Part shown: positions 23,813 to 38,174 of the stretch, piece by piece
How positions within the stretch are numbered: position 1 is the stretch's first letter
How the letters are laid out: the number at the start of each line of letters is the position of its first letter
Origin: Camelus ferus
Lineage: Eukaryota
Assembly: GCF_009834535.1 (NCBI RefSeq)
Contig: NC_045696.1
Location: 8,682,001 to 8,746,000, forward strand
DNA: 64,000 bases
Reading direction: 5' to 3'
Notes under the pieces: model-generated
Told to the model about the DNA's origin: nothing
Seen by the model: the letters and a program-made list of their open reading frames with translations, nothing else
The model's database searches: none
Program-made: the position numbers and the translations under genes

Positions 23813-24089
23813 TCATCCTAAATTTGTTTTGCCCTCCACCCAAATGAAGAATAATTAATCTCAGAGAAGGAAAAGGTGCTCTTTTTCTGAGAGATGAGTT
23901 GCTTAAAAGAGTGTTTTACATTTATTTTCAGGCAGTGCTTGAAAAGCCAAGGGAAAAAGATAAAGATATGAATAGTTAATAACATTTGTTTCTGGATGCC
24001 AAAAATACATGTGCGTGTACGTATAGAAAATTTGACAAAGTATAAAACAGAAAATTTGATAAAGAATGAAACAGAATTTGAAAAAAATA

Positions 24090-26350
24090 CAGAAAAAAAG
24101 TAAAAATCACTTGAAACCAGGTAACGCCTCTTTCGACACTTTCATTCGCTTCCATCCACACTGACACAGATTCACAAATTCACACATCCTAGTTCTGTGT
24201 GTACATTCTTACTAAAGAAGAAAGGTTTACTATTCAAATGCTTTTGTCCCTGTGCTTTGAACTTCACAATAAACTGTGAACATCTTCTCCTGAGGTAAAT
24301 GTAGCAGCCATCTCTTGTCTCTTCTTAAGGATGAATCACCATTTACTTCCCCAGTGTCCTCCTGTTGGAAATGAAGCCATTTTCCTTCCTTAGGCATCAT
24401 ACACGTCTCTGTCTCATGATCATCTTGGCATTGAACGTCAGTGATTTCTTTAAGATAAATTCCCGGAAATAGGACTGCAGGGGCAAATGTCACGCACGTT
24501 CTTTAAAGCTGTTAATACCTATTGCGTAGTTGCCCAGAGAAAATGGTACCATTTGCATTCACATAAACAAGTGGAGTACCTATTTCCACACTTTTATGGT
24601 CAGCATTAATAATGGCGCAATATGAAACGTGCCAAGCACTGTGTTAAGGGTTTTAAATACATTTTTCCCCGCTTGGTTCTCATTCCATTCTCTACAGTAG
24701 TACAGCTGTCTTTTTTCTTTTTTTTTAAACAGATGTATAAGATAAAGCTTAGAGAGCTTGAGTTAATTTGACCAGAATCCCATGACTTTGGCTTTGAGTC
24801 CAAAGCCTGACACTCTCGGTCACTGCTGATGCATCAACATTTATTGACCATCTACTAAGTGCAAGGCGTTGTGCTGGGCACCGTGGGGGCACCTGATAGA
24901 GGTGGCTCAAGAATGATCTCTAATCCAGTGAGGGAAGAAAAGAGAGACATTGGTGAGATATAATAAAATACAATTGCACCAAGTTATGTAATCATGACAG
25001 CAGGAAAATCACGTGGGATGCAAAGGAAAGGTGGTTACAAGTAGCTGAGAGGAATAGGAGACGCTTTGAAGGGAAAGGAATTATTTGAGCTGGCTTTTAA
25101 AGACATGAAGGGTTTATCCAGGTAGTGAGAGGTAGTGAGAATTTCAGGAGCAGGACTATCTTCAAGTCATGGCAATGGGGGGACCCAAGGTGGCCAAGAG
25201 GAAGAGCTTGATGTGGTGAAGGGGTGATGGGAAATGGATGTAAAGATGTAGTTGGAAGGCAAATCATGGAGGTCTTTGCTAGATTAAGGAGATTGGATTT
25301 GATTCTATAAACAATGGGGGCTTTGTTGGATGTTTTTAACAGGGAGATATGATTCACATGCCAAAGATAATTTTGAGAGTCATTTGAAACATCTTAAAGC
25401 AGAAGGAACTCGAGATGGGAAGTTAGGTAAGTGTCGAGAAGAGGATACATGATGTTTAGGTAGAATCAAGACTTGACATTTGACTGGATATAGAGGCTGA
25501 GAGGGGAAGAATGAAAGGTTTCTCCAGGGTTTGGCCCTGGGTCAGATGGCGGCCAGGATGCCGTGATCAAAAGCAGGATGGACATTAGGAACATAAAACT
25601 GGTTAGGGAAGAGAATGGAATCAAGTTTGGAACCAACGAAGCCTAAAGTCTAGTGTATGGATACTAGAGCTCTGCCCTTGACCTTGAGAGAGAGTTTGAC
25701 TTTGGAAATAAATGTAAGCATTATCCATAAGGAGACAATAGCTGAAGTCAAGAACTTGTATATTACTTGTGAGGGACGAAGAAGAGAGAGGAGGGCAGAT
25801 AAGGTCCTTGTACACTTTGAAAATGGAACCAAGAAGATAAATGAGCCAAAGAAAGTGAGGAGCAATCGTCAGAGGGAAAGAAGGGCAAGACAGATTGTTC
25901 TGAGCTTGGGAGGCCAAAGAAAAAGAAACGTTCAAGAGCAGAGGTTGATGAAAAGTGGGAAGACATGGCTTTGCAACTTGGGTGAGAAGACATCCCAGAG
26001 GGTTGCAGGGGCTGAAACTGGGCCTTGAGACTTGCAAGAATCACGTTACACATGGTCCTTTAGAGAGTCCCCTCCACAGGATGCTAGGGAAGGAGCCAAC
26101 ACAGGAAGGGATTTGAACTTTGCTGGAAATTGTGGAAGCAGTAATAGAAGATTGTAAACACACCCCTCCATCTAAAATACATATATAATGTACTTTATAT
26201 ATTTGTTTACAATTATAACTGTGTTTATAAGCTGAAGACAAGGAGCCAGTCGAAGCATCAGGCAGAGGAAGGAGATACAGGGCAAGAGAGAGTTAACTGC
26301 TGGGAAAAGGCCCAAAGGAGATGGGAGAGAGAGAACCAAGGGCCCAGGGG
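24090..26350. mobile_element. Cluster of old L1, MIR and L2 fragments
   Basis: L1 reverse (taaattcccggaaataggactgcaggg), MIR (gtgccaagcactgtgttaaggg), L2 reverse (caacatttattgaccatctactaagtgcaagg and purine-rich body). Confidence 0.65.
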
Positions 26351-26570
26351 ACAGGGTGAGCTACTGAAATGATAGGTCTTCTGGAGGAGGAGAAGAGGGG
26401 AAGGGCGATTAAGATCGGTTTCCAGGTGGAGGGGAAAGTGAAGGACGGAGTTGTCCTGGATTCCCTCTAGTTTTTGGTAAAGAGGGAGATAAAGTCATCG
26501 GAGGAGCTTGGGGGCCAGGGAGAGGGTGGGTGGGGGCCTGAGGGCGGTGATGTGGGGCAGCTGTGTTAAC

Positions 26571-26676
26571 CAACGCAGCATCCTCCGCCTTTTGTTTATT
26601 CTCGGCAAGACCAGCGATGGGAAGTACCCTTCCCCTAAGAATCCTAGCTTGACTTTTTTCTATAAAGAACATTCTG
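26571..26676 (-). pseudogene. Exon remnant
   Basis: Acceptor tctgttctctgttctttaaccccctgcag|; open RMFFIEKSQARILRGRVLPIAGLAENKQKAEDAAL|gttaac. Confidence 0.5.
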
Positions 26677-27919
26677 CTGCAGGGGGTTAAAGAACAGAGA
26701 ACAGAGGCCAGAGCGAAGGACGGGACAGGTGTTTTCACACAGGTACTGTTTGTTAAAGTGTTTATGATGGATTGAGGGTCCTCCGCACCTCAACTCCTTT
26801 GCAATAAGAAAGTGATAAAATATCACTTTGCTTTGCAAAGTGGTATGTGAGGATGTGTAAAAGCTTTTACGTATTTTGCATTCCAAGCCTTTTATGTAAA
26901 ACGAGATTTACACATGGGCTGAAACTGAAAGGAAATATGCACAATTGACAGTAATTATACGGGAATGATAATTATTTAACTATTTTTTCTATATTTGCAA
27001 AGCATATATATGCCCTTGGCTCTATAGTTTTTTAAGCATAAAGAAGGTTTTAAAAATTACCTTTTTAGTGATAACGTTTACTGTCTCTTTCTGAACATTT
27101 GAGGTTTAATTTTGACATAGGCATTCAGACGCTCGTGAGTCTCGTGGTAGCAGAATGAGCCTTTTCTGTCTGTATTGAGCTAATTCTGCAGAAGCTTTTG
27201 ACTCAACTATTCATGACCTATTCCAGGAAACGCATTATGAAGGAGCCAGCAGATAACAAATCTCCAACTGAGGAAGAATTGCTTCTGGAAACTGCAGAGC
27301 AGGAGATAAGGTTTAGTCCATGGGAGCTGACTTTATCCAACCCCACACTTGAGTGATATAGTGGGCTCTGAGTAAGCTGTGTACACAGAACTGATAAACT
27401 CTGCACTAAATTAATTAAGAATTCTATTGCTTTAATAGCTTGTCTTCAAAGACCGATGACTAATACCAGGATTTATTATGCGAACCACAAAAAATTGGCT
27501 ATGTAAATTTTATAATGGGAGCTCTAGGGTTGTATTAATTCATCTCTAGATTTGTTGATATTTTTGGTATCCAAGCTACATTGTGTAGAATTAATGGATC
27601 ATGGGGGTCCATGGATTCTCTCCTAAGCAGAATAGTAAATCTGGCCACCGAGCTTAGAGTTTGCAAAGTGTTTTAACAAAAACTGTGTCACTTGAGTGTC
27701 ACAACATCCCTGAAAAGGAGATAAGACTAGTCACAATTTACAGATGTACATGCTGGTTTATTACAATTCTGCTTCTGCTTCCTGTCCAAGGAAGCTCAGC
27801 TCAGGACTTTAAACTTCAAGTCCAACTCTTCATCTGCTATGGCCCCAAAGCACTGAGATCTTATTTGATTTTTTCCCTTTTGTTTTCTTTCTTTCTTTCT
27901 TTTCTTTCTTTCTTTCTTC

Positions 27920-28019
27920 NNNNNNNNNNNNNNNNNNNNNNNNNNNNNNNNNNNNNNNNNNNNNNNNNNNNNNNNNNNNNNNNNNNNNNNNNNNNNNNNN
28001 NNNNNNNNNNNNNNNNNNN
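27920..28019. other. Assembly gap (100 N) next to (TTTC)n
   Basis: Seen directly. Confidence 1.
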
Positions 28020-28331
28020 TCTCTGAAGGGCCCTCAGACCCCATTATTAACTAGCCCACTTTGCTGGGGAGTATTATTTCCCATGTTAACAAAATAGATG
28101 GGAACATGTCGGGTTATGAGAAAAGACAAATTCTGCCCTGAATAGTGTTTGTGTATTCATTCATTCACTCAGTGATCCAGCCATTCAACAAATACATATT
28201 CAGTACTAAACTCTGGGTCTGCTGTGAAGGAGGCAGGATCTCTGCTTTTATGGACCTAATTAGTATTTTGGTGGAAAGGAGATGCAAAGCAATCACTTGC
28301 ATCATTTACTCCTTTACTAGGAAACTTTCTT

Positions 28332-28917
28332 TTTTTTTTTTTAATTGAAGTATAGTTGATTTACAATGTTGTGTTAGTTTCTGGTGTACAGCAGAGTGAT
28401 TCAGTTATACATATATATTCTTTTTCATTATAGGTTATTACAAAATATTGAATATAGTTCCTTGTGCTCTACAACATGTCCTTATTGTTTATCTATTTTA
28501 TATATAATAGTTTGTATCTGCTAATCCCAAACTCCTAAGTTCATTTGTATCATATTTTAGATGCCACATATAAGTGATACCATATGATATGTATCTTTGT
28601 CTGACTTACTTCACTTAGTATGATGATCTGTAGGTCCATCCATGTTGCTGCAAATAGCATTATTTCATTCTTTTTTATGGCTGAGTAACATTGCATACTA
28701 AAACTTCTTTATGCATTCATTTGTCAATGGACATTTAGGTTGTTTCAATGTCCTGACTATTGTAAACAGGGCTGGTTATCAGCACTGGGGTGCAGGTATC
28801 TTTTCGAATTAAGAGTTTCCTCTGTATATATGCCCAGGAGTGAGATTGCTGGATCATATGGTAGGTCTACTTTGAGGTTTTTAAGGCATCTTTATACTGT
28901 TCTCCATAGTGGTTGCA
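28332..28917 (-). mobile_element. L1 3' fragment with TSD
   Basis: TSD aggaaactttctt (28319-28331) / aggacactttctt (28918-28930). Confidence 0.9.
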
Positions 28918-28930
28918 AGGACACTTTCTT

Positions 28931-29614
28931 AAGCCATTTGCAGTTTCAGGTGTGTGCAACTCCTTGGGAAGAAACGGAGGCCAGAACTGAGTGTTTGCTG
29001 GGAGTCCGTGTGCCAGGAAGAGGATCCTTCACTACTTGGAGAGTTAGTCTATCGGGAGAATTGTAGCTATTCCATGGGGAGAAGAGTAAGTAAGCTAAAC
29101 TGTGTTTGAGTTTGGGGAAGAGAATTGAAAGTGGCAAGTATTTGTATTTTTCTGTTGCGAGTCAGTTAAGAGAGAATAGAGTTTAAATTTCAGAGAGGAT
29201 TGAGCTCAGACCTGGGGAAAGCATATCTAGAAAGTGTGAGACATTTTGGACTTCCTCCAAGGAGGTGTTGGGCACAGAACTGCAGAGATGAGTCATGGAA
29301 TTTGAAGGTGAGGGTGTGCTAAGGTCATGGAGTGGGGTCCCAACCCCAGGGGTGCTTTGTTTTCTGGGACCACTCTTCAACTGTTCCACCGCTAGAATAT
29401 GTTGAAGGATGTGTCTTGAGCTTCAACAAGTTGCAACACTCATTTCCTTTAACATTCACCACAGCTGGATCTTGCGTTTTGTCTTTCTTAGAAGTATTTG
29501 ATTTTTTCACAACATTTTCCATTTTTATCTGTGATGACCTATCTCTTCCTGTCACAGCCGGAAACATGATACCAGGATGAGGCAACTCTCCCGTCTCTTT
29601 CCCTTGGGTAAGGT
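28931..29614 (-). pseudogene. Large exon remnant (~680 nt)
   Basis: Acceptor tatgtttcag|; three chained ORFs (29325-29585, frameshift, then 29183-29389 and 28946-29137 in the same frame across two stops). Confidence 0.65.
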
Positions 29615-29989
29615 CTGAAACATAACCCTAGCCTTTCTGATGTCTCTGCAACACTTTCTCACTTTCTAATTTTGTGGAGGAAAAAGAATCCATTTACTCT
29701 TAAAATGAATGTGTTTATTGAAAATCTTTCTGTATTATACTAATTCCTCTTGGTCTTTTTGGGGTGAAAAACCATTTGCACATCACGTGGCACTTCTGGC
29801 TGTAGTCTCCGGCTAATTAGTTTGGTGGCCTTTCGTTGTTAATTTTGGAGGGTACAGTTAGTTTTCTTTATTCTAAAATTCTGCTGATTCTAGTAACACT
29901 GATTTCCTGTTTAGTGTAGAAAACACAAGAAACAAAAAAAAATGCATTTAGATTTTAGTTTTAAGAGGCTGAAAAGTGTCATAAATTAT

Positions 29990-30255
29990 CTGAAGAGTGG
30001 GAAATCAAACCAAAAGAAGATGTTTACTGAAGCCACGGATGACCGTGTCACTGAGACACCGCTGCCCACGTCTGAGACAAGAAAGGCCTGCACCCATGCT
30101 GCTTCAGAAAGCAACGGGCAAGATCAGTGCTTTGGAAAGTATGCATTTAGGACAGTACAGCTATTGGCACATCCCTGATGCTAATGTGGTGGCTAAGATG
30201 GAGAACTCATCACATGTCACTTAAGTCACTGAGCAGCCCGACTTCCTCAGAGAGC
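29990..30255 (-). pseudogene. Candidate exon remnant
   Basis: catttcctag|RLSEEVGLLSDLSDM**VLHLSHHISIRDVPIAVLS*MHTFQSTDLARCFLKQHG. Confidence 0.4.
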
Positions 30256-31059
30256 CTAGGAAATGCGCTTCATCGCAGAAATAAAGCAACTGAGAATGAG
30301 CCCTGTCTGGGTGGGAAGTTCAACCCTCTGCGTTCCCGTTGACCTCCTCATGCTCTAATTTATTTTTAGGGCTTTGCAATATGGAGAGGAGGTTTTTGAA
30401 CCACTAATACATGAGATGGCTTTTGATAACCAGTCACTCAAGTGAACCAGTCACTCAGTTGAGTAACTAAATGAAATGGAGATCTCATTTTACTTCGGCA
30501 TTTTCAGTATTTTACAGCCTGGCAACAGAAGTTAATAAACTACTAAATTAATAAATTCTTTAATAAAGCTATTACATTTCTAGAAGTTTCTTAAAGAAAT
30601 TTGTTTCAGGAAAACCATATAAAAACCAAGCCACCTTTATGCTGCATTTTATTTCTTTCAGTTACAGTCTTCATTTTTAACTCAGATTTTTACTGGGCAA
30701 AATATACTGTGTCAAACTTTCATTGTGCATCATTCTTTATGGGTGTTATCAACACTTCAGGGGAAAAAAATCCTAATTTGCATTGGATAATTAACTTGAA
30801 TTGGATAACTAATTTGTAGATATGAATACGATTGAGCTTTTCTAGGCAGACCATTATATCTGGGTGGTTCCTTTTGGAAGCCCTAGTTATAGAAAAGTAA
30901 GAAAAATATTTTCTATCTGCTGGAATTCTGCATCAGAGTCATGCAAAGCAATACTGGAAAGTACAAGGTGCTGTGGTTAATTTCTTCCACGTGAAGTTAA
31001 AATTTCAGGGTTTTTTTTTTTCTGTAATTCTAGGAATTAACATTGTACAACACCACCTT

Positions 31060-31293
31060 TTAAGGAGATTTTGAGTAAACAAAGATTATCCTGCATTTTG
31101 AGATCTTTTACACTTCCAGAGAGCCCGGCCATCATGCAACTCTTATGGGAAAACAGTGCCATGAACTTTTGGCACTGTGACTATCCTGACCCGGAGAAGG
31201 TCCTCTTGCGAATCGAGAGGCCAGAGAGATTGAAGAAATAAAAAGTCCGTTTTAAGCACCTGCACATCCTCAGAAGTTGTGAAATGCCAGAAC
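31060..31293 (-). pseudogene. Exon remnant
   Basis: gtttttgcag|FWHFTTSEDVQVLKTDFLFLQSLWPLDSQEDLLRVRIVTVPKVHGTVFP*ELHDGRALWK. Confidence 0.6.
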
Positions 31294-31469
31294 CTGCAAA
31301 AACTGACTTCCCATCCTGACTTCTAGGAAATGTTTTGGTCTCATCAGAATCAGACTTGTGATCTCAGTTCACCTCTTTTCTACTTTTTCTTCCCCAACTG
31401 CCTTTTCCCCCTAAAAGGACTCCACCAGGTCCTAAAGCTGTACAGCTCTGCTCACGATATCTTCAAATG

Positions 31470-31670
31470 ACTTCTGTATCATGTACTCGAAAGTTGTTAA
31501 GAGAGTGGGTCTTAAGTTATATCACCACACACAAACAAAAAATGGAAATTACGTGAGACAGTGGAGGCGTGAACTAAGCTTACTGTGGTAATTGTTTTGC
31601 AATATATATATACATTTTGCAATATGTACATGTTATACATCAATAATATCTCAAAAAGCTGGAAAAAATG
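31470..31670 (+). mobile_element. L1 3' end fragment
   Basis: gaaagttgttaagagagtgggtctta...tatctcaaaaagctggaaaa. Confidence 0.7.
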
Positions 31671-32854
31671 AACGACTGCTGCATCATTTCTCCTTATTCT
31701 ATCATATGATCAGTTGAGGTTCCACTTAGATGTGTGACGCGTACAGGTGCAGCCTCAGTGAAAGGATTTGGGACTTTCTGCTGATTTACAACTCATCTTA
31801 GTAAACCTTGGCCCCAGAGTATTTGATAACAATTGAGATGCAGAGAACACATGACTTCAATGTGAGTAAATCTATTTGTTCATTTATTCTCTAAGACACT
31901 CAGCCTTATGTGTGTCTGCGACATTGCTGGGAGAGAGAAAGAGGAAGGAGGGGATGAGAGAATTTCAAAGACTGGATGTTGTAAGCATATTTCTAGTCAT
32001 TTAATTTACCAGGGTTCTAGAGTTTCTCAATTTTCTTCACATGGGTGCGTGGAGAAACCAGAGGAAATAAAATGAAAATGTTTATGTTAGGAAATCAGGC
32101 ACTTGGGTATTTTCCTCTTGATAACTATACTTCTGTTTTGGGATAATGATGATGGTGTGTGTGTGTGACTGAGACAGACAGACAGACAGAGAGTCAAAGA
32201 AGGGAAGAGAAGGTGGAAAAGCAGAAGATGGGAGACAGAGAGGAACACAGATAAAGAAGGAGAAGAATGAATCTTTGTTTTATTTCAGGGAAAGAAATTG
32301 CTTTCAAAATGTAGCAAAAAAAGTTTCATTAATCTACTTAGGTGTAAAAAGTGTAAAGTTAACAGAGTGTCAGTTTCAGACACTTGCAAATATGCTCAGT
32401 TTCTAGGCAGGAGAAAGGAGCTGAGTGCCCCTTAGCATGGCTTATGGATGGAAGGAACTAGTAATTAGCAATAGCTGTTTCTTATTTAGCAGGATGCAAG
32501 AAGACTGTAATGATGGTCCATGGAATTGATGGGGGTGCCAATATTTTGTAAACATTCTCTTCTTCTTCTTCTTCTTCTTCTGATGATGATGATGATAGCT
32601 ATTTACTGAGCACTTGATCCATACCTGATACTAAGCACTTGTTATCAGTTGACTCATTTAAACCTTGTAGCATCCCTGGCAGTTTCCTTCTCATTCCTCT
32701 CCAGTTCTTGTACTAGCCTTTTCTTTGATTTAAAGATGAGAAAACAGACACCCAACGACAGCGGGGCTGAACCAGGATTCAGACCCAAGCAGCCAGGCTC
32801 CCAGGCTGAGCTCTGCTCACCCAGCTGTGCTTGCCTCCAGCTCTAGTTTCTGAT

Positions 32855-33096
32855 CTCAGTTTCGCTGTTTGTTGGAAGCTGACACTCTTGTGGTCCTTGG
32901 CAACAGCTTTTTATTTGCATCATAACAGTGACCCGTGTCTTAGGAGAAGTCACACTGAGAGGACTCTGGGTAACTGCGTCAAGACATCGTGGCCATTTAA
33001 AGAAGCAGCCCGTGTCTTGAGTGAGTAAGAAATGGAAAATTGTACTCGCTGTTTTAGGTCATTTCTCTACGTCGGAGGAGAGGGGTGGTACAAAAC
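32855..33096 (-). pseudogene. Candidate exon remnant
   Basis: aataacag|VLYHPSPPT*RNDLKQRVQFSISYSLKTRAASLNGHDVLTQLPRVLSV*; several stops. Confidence 0.35.
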
Positions 33097-36000
33097 CTGT
33101 TATTGTGGGAGACGTCTGAGCCAGGAAGGCTGCTCAAATGCAAAGGAGGACAGCGTGGCATTAAATGCTGCTCCTGAGTCTAGACCAGGCAACTCAGCTG
33201 TGCAGGGCGGGGTGTGGGGGACTCACGAGGCCCCCAAGTCCACCTCCTACCCACGTTCCTCCTTGGCCTGTTTGTCCAGGCAGCCTTTCTGAAAGGCTCT
33301 GCATTTAATTCTCAAGCTTGACACTTCCACATTTAATCCCAAGCCCAGGAGCTGAGGGGAAGCGAGAGGGAACCGTTGAAAGCTGGCTGTCCCTGCGGCT
33401 CCCTTCTGTCCGCGTTAGTTTCACTTTCCCTCTAACCCTGAATTGACGTTCTGCTGAGACTTGAAACCTGTAAGCCACTCTGAAGTTGTCCCTGCAGTTT
33501 TGCCCACGTCTTTATAGATTTATGAGTGGCTTATAGAGGGTACAGCACTGTTCTTCAGAGTGTGTGACGGGTGTTTAGAGCAGCGCTGGCTGTCGGGTCA
33601 GATGAGGTTGTGGGTAAAATGCAAGATCCCCTGGCCTCCCCACCCCCACCCCCCAAAATGAATCAGCACGACAGAGTTGGGAGAGGCTGGGAGTACGTCT
33701 GCTCCAAATGAAGACCTTCAGAGGATCCTTGGCACAAGGTAGTTTGCAAATCATCCCTTGACAGGTTTGCTGGTTCATGGAAATAAACTTCTCTGCTAAC
33801 AATTATTAAATGAGTTTCTCAAGTACTGCTGAGATGGGTCAACGTCAAGGCCATGTGCATTGATGACTAGCTGCTCCCACGAGCAGGGTCCAAGCTCATC
33901 AGATGAAATTCACATATGTCAAGGACAGGACAGAATCTCTCACTGGCCTTCTCTAGTTGTACCCCAAACTGCTGGAGATGGGGTTTTTGAGCGAGTATTC
34001 AGATAATCATTCTTTTCCCCTTTCACAGACTTTGACTCATAGACACTTGCTTAAAACCTTTCGAAATAGTCTTTAATACTAATCTGGGCTTTCCAAACTT
34101 TTAAAGAAATCACCGTGCTTACAAAACCTTAAATATTTGTAAATCTTTGCAGACCATATGGGTAAATTTTGATAGCACAAACTAAAACAATACTGACGCT
34201 GTGGGAAATTTCCATCAAGATTATTAGTTCTCCTCTATGGAATGGAGTGATTAAAAACATGAATCGAAGTGTTGTTTATTTTATTCATTTAGGAGAAAGA
34301 AATACAGCCTCCCTAAATGTCTGGTATTTTAATGGGAAGAATATGTATTTTGAGAATTAAAAAAAAAAAACCTTAAAATTTATGTTTCAGAGTTATTTTA
34401 CACACGTGGAGGAAGAGATTTGCATTGCAACTACAGGGTAAATTAAGAATAATATTAGCAATGCTGTTTTGGTTTCCCGATACGGTTCATTTGTGAATCT
34501 TTCTTTAATTTAGTGTTGTAAATTCCATCCTGGATTAACCTGGTCCTACAACATCTGGAGACTTATGATTTCAAACACAGTCACATGCACGGTGGTTAAA
34601 CTGGAGAAAGGGTTTAGAGAACCCAGTATTGCTCGAAGCAAGGGTTACTATATACTGCAGGGACTATACTTACAATAAAAATATACTCATTTATTCCCAA
34701 TTCAAATTGAACTGGCCATACTTTTTATTTTTCTCTTCTTATTTGCTCAATTTGTCAAGCCCACTCACTGGTAAAAGGAAACAGTAGCATTTTAAGGAAA
34801 CCAGTTTGTTTGCTGACGTGCTCTGGGTCAGCCACCCTCTGCCATCATCCGATGCTGTTGCCCTCCCGGCCGTTCCTGGGAGTGTGGCCTTCTCAGGTAT
34901 TCCAGCTTGTCGGTCCTTCTGAGAAGATCTAGGTTATAGCAGTTGCAGGTCAGCCTGTGTCTCCAAGGTTGTCCACTGAGAATCTCCCCTCTTTATACCA
35001 TTAGAGCTTCTGCACGCAGAGGCTTACAGGCTGACCCCCAGCCTCGATATACTTACATACACCTGCAGATGTACACAGTCATTCTCCCACCTCATTTCAT
35101 AGATAATGTATTTACTTATTACTTATCCACTCCACAGGGGGTAATACACCGCCCGTCCAAGGGATCATGTCGTATATATATAGTCACTTTACGATGTTGT
35201 GTCAGCGTCTGGTGTACAGCATCATGTGTCAGTCATACATGTACATTTGTGTACTCCTTTCTTATATTGTCTCATTTAATCCTATATCAGCCGTTTGAGG
35301 ATGATACCATTTTCTTTATATTTTTTGAATCAGACAATTAAGACTTTGAATTGTTGAATAACCTGCCCATAGTTCGTAAATTCAAACCGAACGCTTACCC
35401 CAAAGCCCAAGCTTCCACCCCTTCCACGCGGCCTCTCTGTTCCATTCTCCCCAGGAGCCCTCCTGATTCGGCATCTCCCATAAATCAAAAAGGGATCATC
35501 AGGTCTTAGTATGAAATGAGGAGCTGCCCTGGGCACTGGGGCAGGCTGTCTCGGTGAGCTCTACTAGCCTGGGGTAAGTTACTGACTCTCCCTGAGACTC
35601 AGTTTTCCCAATCTTTAAAATGGGATACAGATCGTGCTTTCATAAGTTTACTGAGATGATGAAATGAAGAAGGACTCAAAAGAGAGACTCGAAAAAAACA
35701 CAGAAGACCATGGGGATGGGGGAGGGAGCTTCATTGTCCCAGGGACCTGGGATGAAGGGGTGTTAAACCCAAGCCTGGCTACTCAGCGTGAGGGGTCTGG
35801 AAGCTGAGGCTGTGAAGCTTTGCATGAGGAGCGGTGAGAGTTTGAGGGGAACATGCATGGCCCCCGGATTATATACAGAATCTGTGTGCGCCACCGCCTT
35901 TGTGGCTTTTAACTCATCGTGGGAAGAGGAAGGTCAAGGCTCAAAATTCCTAGGAATTTCTGAGAATTACTTGAAAATCTCTGGTTCGTGACTAAGAAAT

Positions 36001-37007
36001 ATTTATGTTCTTCATAGAATATACAGTTGCTTTTCTGGGCTTCCCTTGGGGGAAAAATAGTCCCCATCAATTACTTTTAATTTTTTTTCCTGAAAAACAA
36101 AATAAAACAAAACAAAAAACTGAACAAATACTTAAAGGCAAAGATTTCTGAACTTGAACAAAATGTTCAGTTATTTCAAGTCTCTGAGTAACCTTGGTTG
36201 GGCCATGCCCCCTTTCTGGGCCTTTCTAGCCCATCTTTGGGGGAAATGGATTAAGTAAGGAATTCCATGGACCTGTCAGTCATCTGCTTTGTGCCTTGCC
36301 CTGTGCTGGGTGCCCATCCAAGGAACAGCCAAGGCCGCCCCATTACAGTGGGGGTGGGAGGAGGAGAGTGTGGGGACAGGAATCTCGTAACCCAGGACAC
36401 ATTAGCAGTGTTGCATCAGATGGCCCACGCGAGGTGAGGAAAATAATGCCAGGCAGCGGAAGAGAGCGTGGTGGGGACAGCCAGGAGGCAACACCAGACA
36501 TATCACAGAAGGCTTCTCAGAGGAGGTGATGGTTGGGCAGATATTTGCATACAGTGAAGGAACCTGGCAAGATGCATGCCATAGGTGGCCCTATAGTGTC
36601 CCCTTAATAGGATGCTAGGGAAGGCAGTCCAAGGCGGGGAGGAATGTGGATTTTGTTGGAAAATGTGGATGCAACAGGAAGACGCCTCTACTGGGTCCTT
36701 GTCCTCAGCTTACAAACACCTTCCACAGCCTCCATGTTCTACGTTGTGCACATGTGTGTGCGTGTGTGTGTGCGTGTGCGTGTGTGTACTGGATTCTTTT
36801 ATGAGATGACCATTCAGGGGTAGCCATAGAAAGAGACTGAGGAGAGCCTCAGGAAAACAAAACAGAACGAACAAAACAAAGTTTATCACGTCCCCAGGGA
36901 CAGAAGGCTCAGCGCATCAAGGAAGGCCACATGGGGATGACTCTAGGGGGCTCAGGCTGCAGAAGACAGGAGTGGGGGATGGGCAGAGCTTAAGGAACAG
37001 CCTTTAC

Positions 37008-37572
37008 TGGGGTTTCCTCTGTTACAAAGATGTTTTTTTCGGGTGAATAGTGAGAATCCATGTGCCCTGCCACACGGCCGTCTGACCCCGCTGGCGTTTT
37101 GTGTGCGCGGGGACCTGGCCCGCGACGTGCGGCAGGAACGGGTACTTTCCCAGGGGTTCGCTGCACTTGCTGCAGCAGCCTTCACTCTAGGGTGTGTTCA
37201 GGATCATTCCCTGTCCGGGCGATAACGCTGGGGCCCCCATACAGACTGCAGAAGGGCTGCCATCAGAGGGGGGTTCTCTCAGAGTCCATTGCTTTATGCC
37301 TTTGTAAAAGTCTACACGGAGCGCCCGGAGATGAAGCGTTCAGGACAGATGACAAAATGGACTATTTCTCCATGTGTAAAGGCATCTCTTCGGTGTGGGG
37401 GCGCCCCCGGCATCGTCTAGAATGCCCGTTTTGATGTGCATTTGCTAACAGGCTGTAAGTTACAGTGCTGACCACGGGCACAGAACAGCAAAACAGCCAG
37501 ACTCATCGAGGCAAAGTGACCGAATCACTCGTCATATTTTTCTTGTTCTGGCTCTATTTTATACTGAATTCT
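37008..37572 (-). pseudogene. Large CpG-retaining exon remnant
   Basis: actctgtactctag|RIQYKIEPEQEKYDE* ... DAFTHGEIVHFVICPERFISG ... HMDSHYSPEKNIFVTEETP|gtaaag. Confidence 0.5.
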
Positions 37573-38174
37573 CTAGAGTACAGAGTGTAATAAAAATACC
37601 AAACTATTGATAGGAAGGGTGGGAGAAGGTGAGGTTAATTCACACTAACTGATGTAATAATTCTACCTAATAAAACTGAAACAGGAGGGAAAAATATTCA
37701 CACTGAGACCAATAAGGTTACTCATGGGAATCCAAGCAAAGTTGCACCATGATTCATCACGACCAGGCTGGCGAAATTGTCTTTTTTCCTGACCTCAGTG
37801 ACCTTGAGTTGGGTCTTTCTTCTAAATCGAATTTATTTTATTTTTTTCATCCAGAGAATGTAGTTTCAGTGAAGTTTGAAAGTGATCTAAGGAGCAAGAA
37901 TAAACCTGGCAAAGGTGACTCGGAGGTGGCACTGATTCTTCATTTGATACGGGCGTAAGAACTGAGATCATATCATGATGCTGGTCTTGTCGAGGGCACC
38001 TCCATGCTTTCCCATTTCTCCTCCATCTGCATCTAACCCTCATCACTGCCCCCATCCCATTCTCCCAAATTAGCTGCTCTGACAACAGGAGTGTGTGAGT
38101 TTCCATGTGTTTTCTATACTTATATAATTCAATTATAAAATTATATAACTCCGTATACAGGAGGGTGCGTCAAT

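Noticed and set aside
30428..30460. Short direct repeats (aaccagtcactca x2; also tgcattagactca x2 at ~51200)
   Set aside because: Simple two-copy slippage duplications; not CRISPR-like
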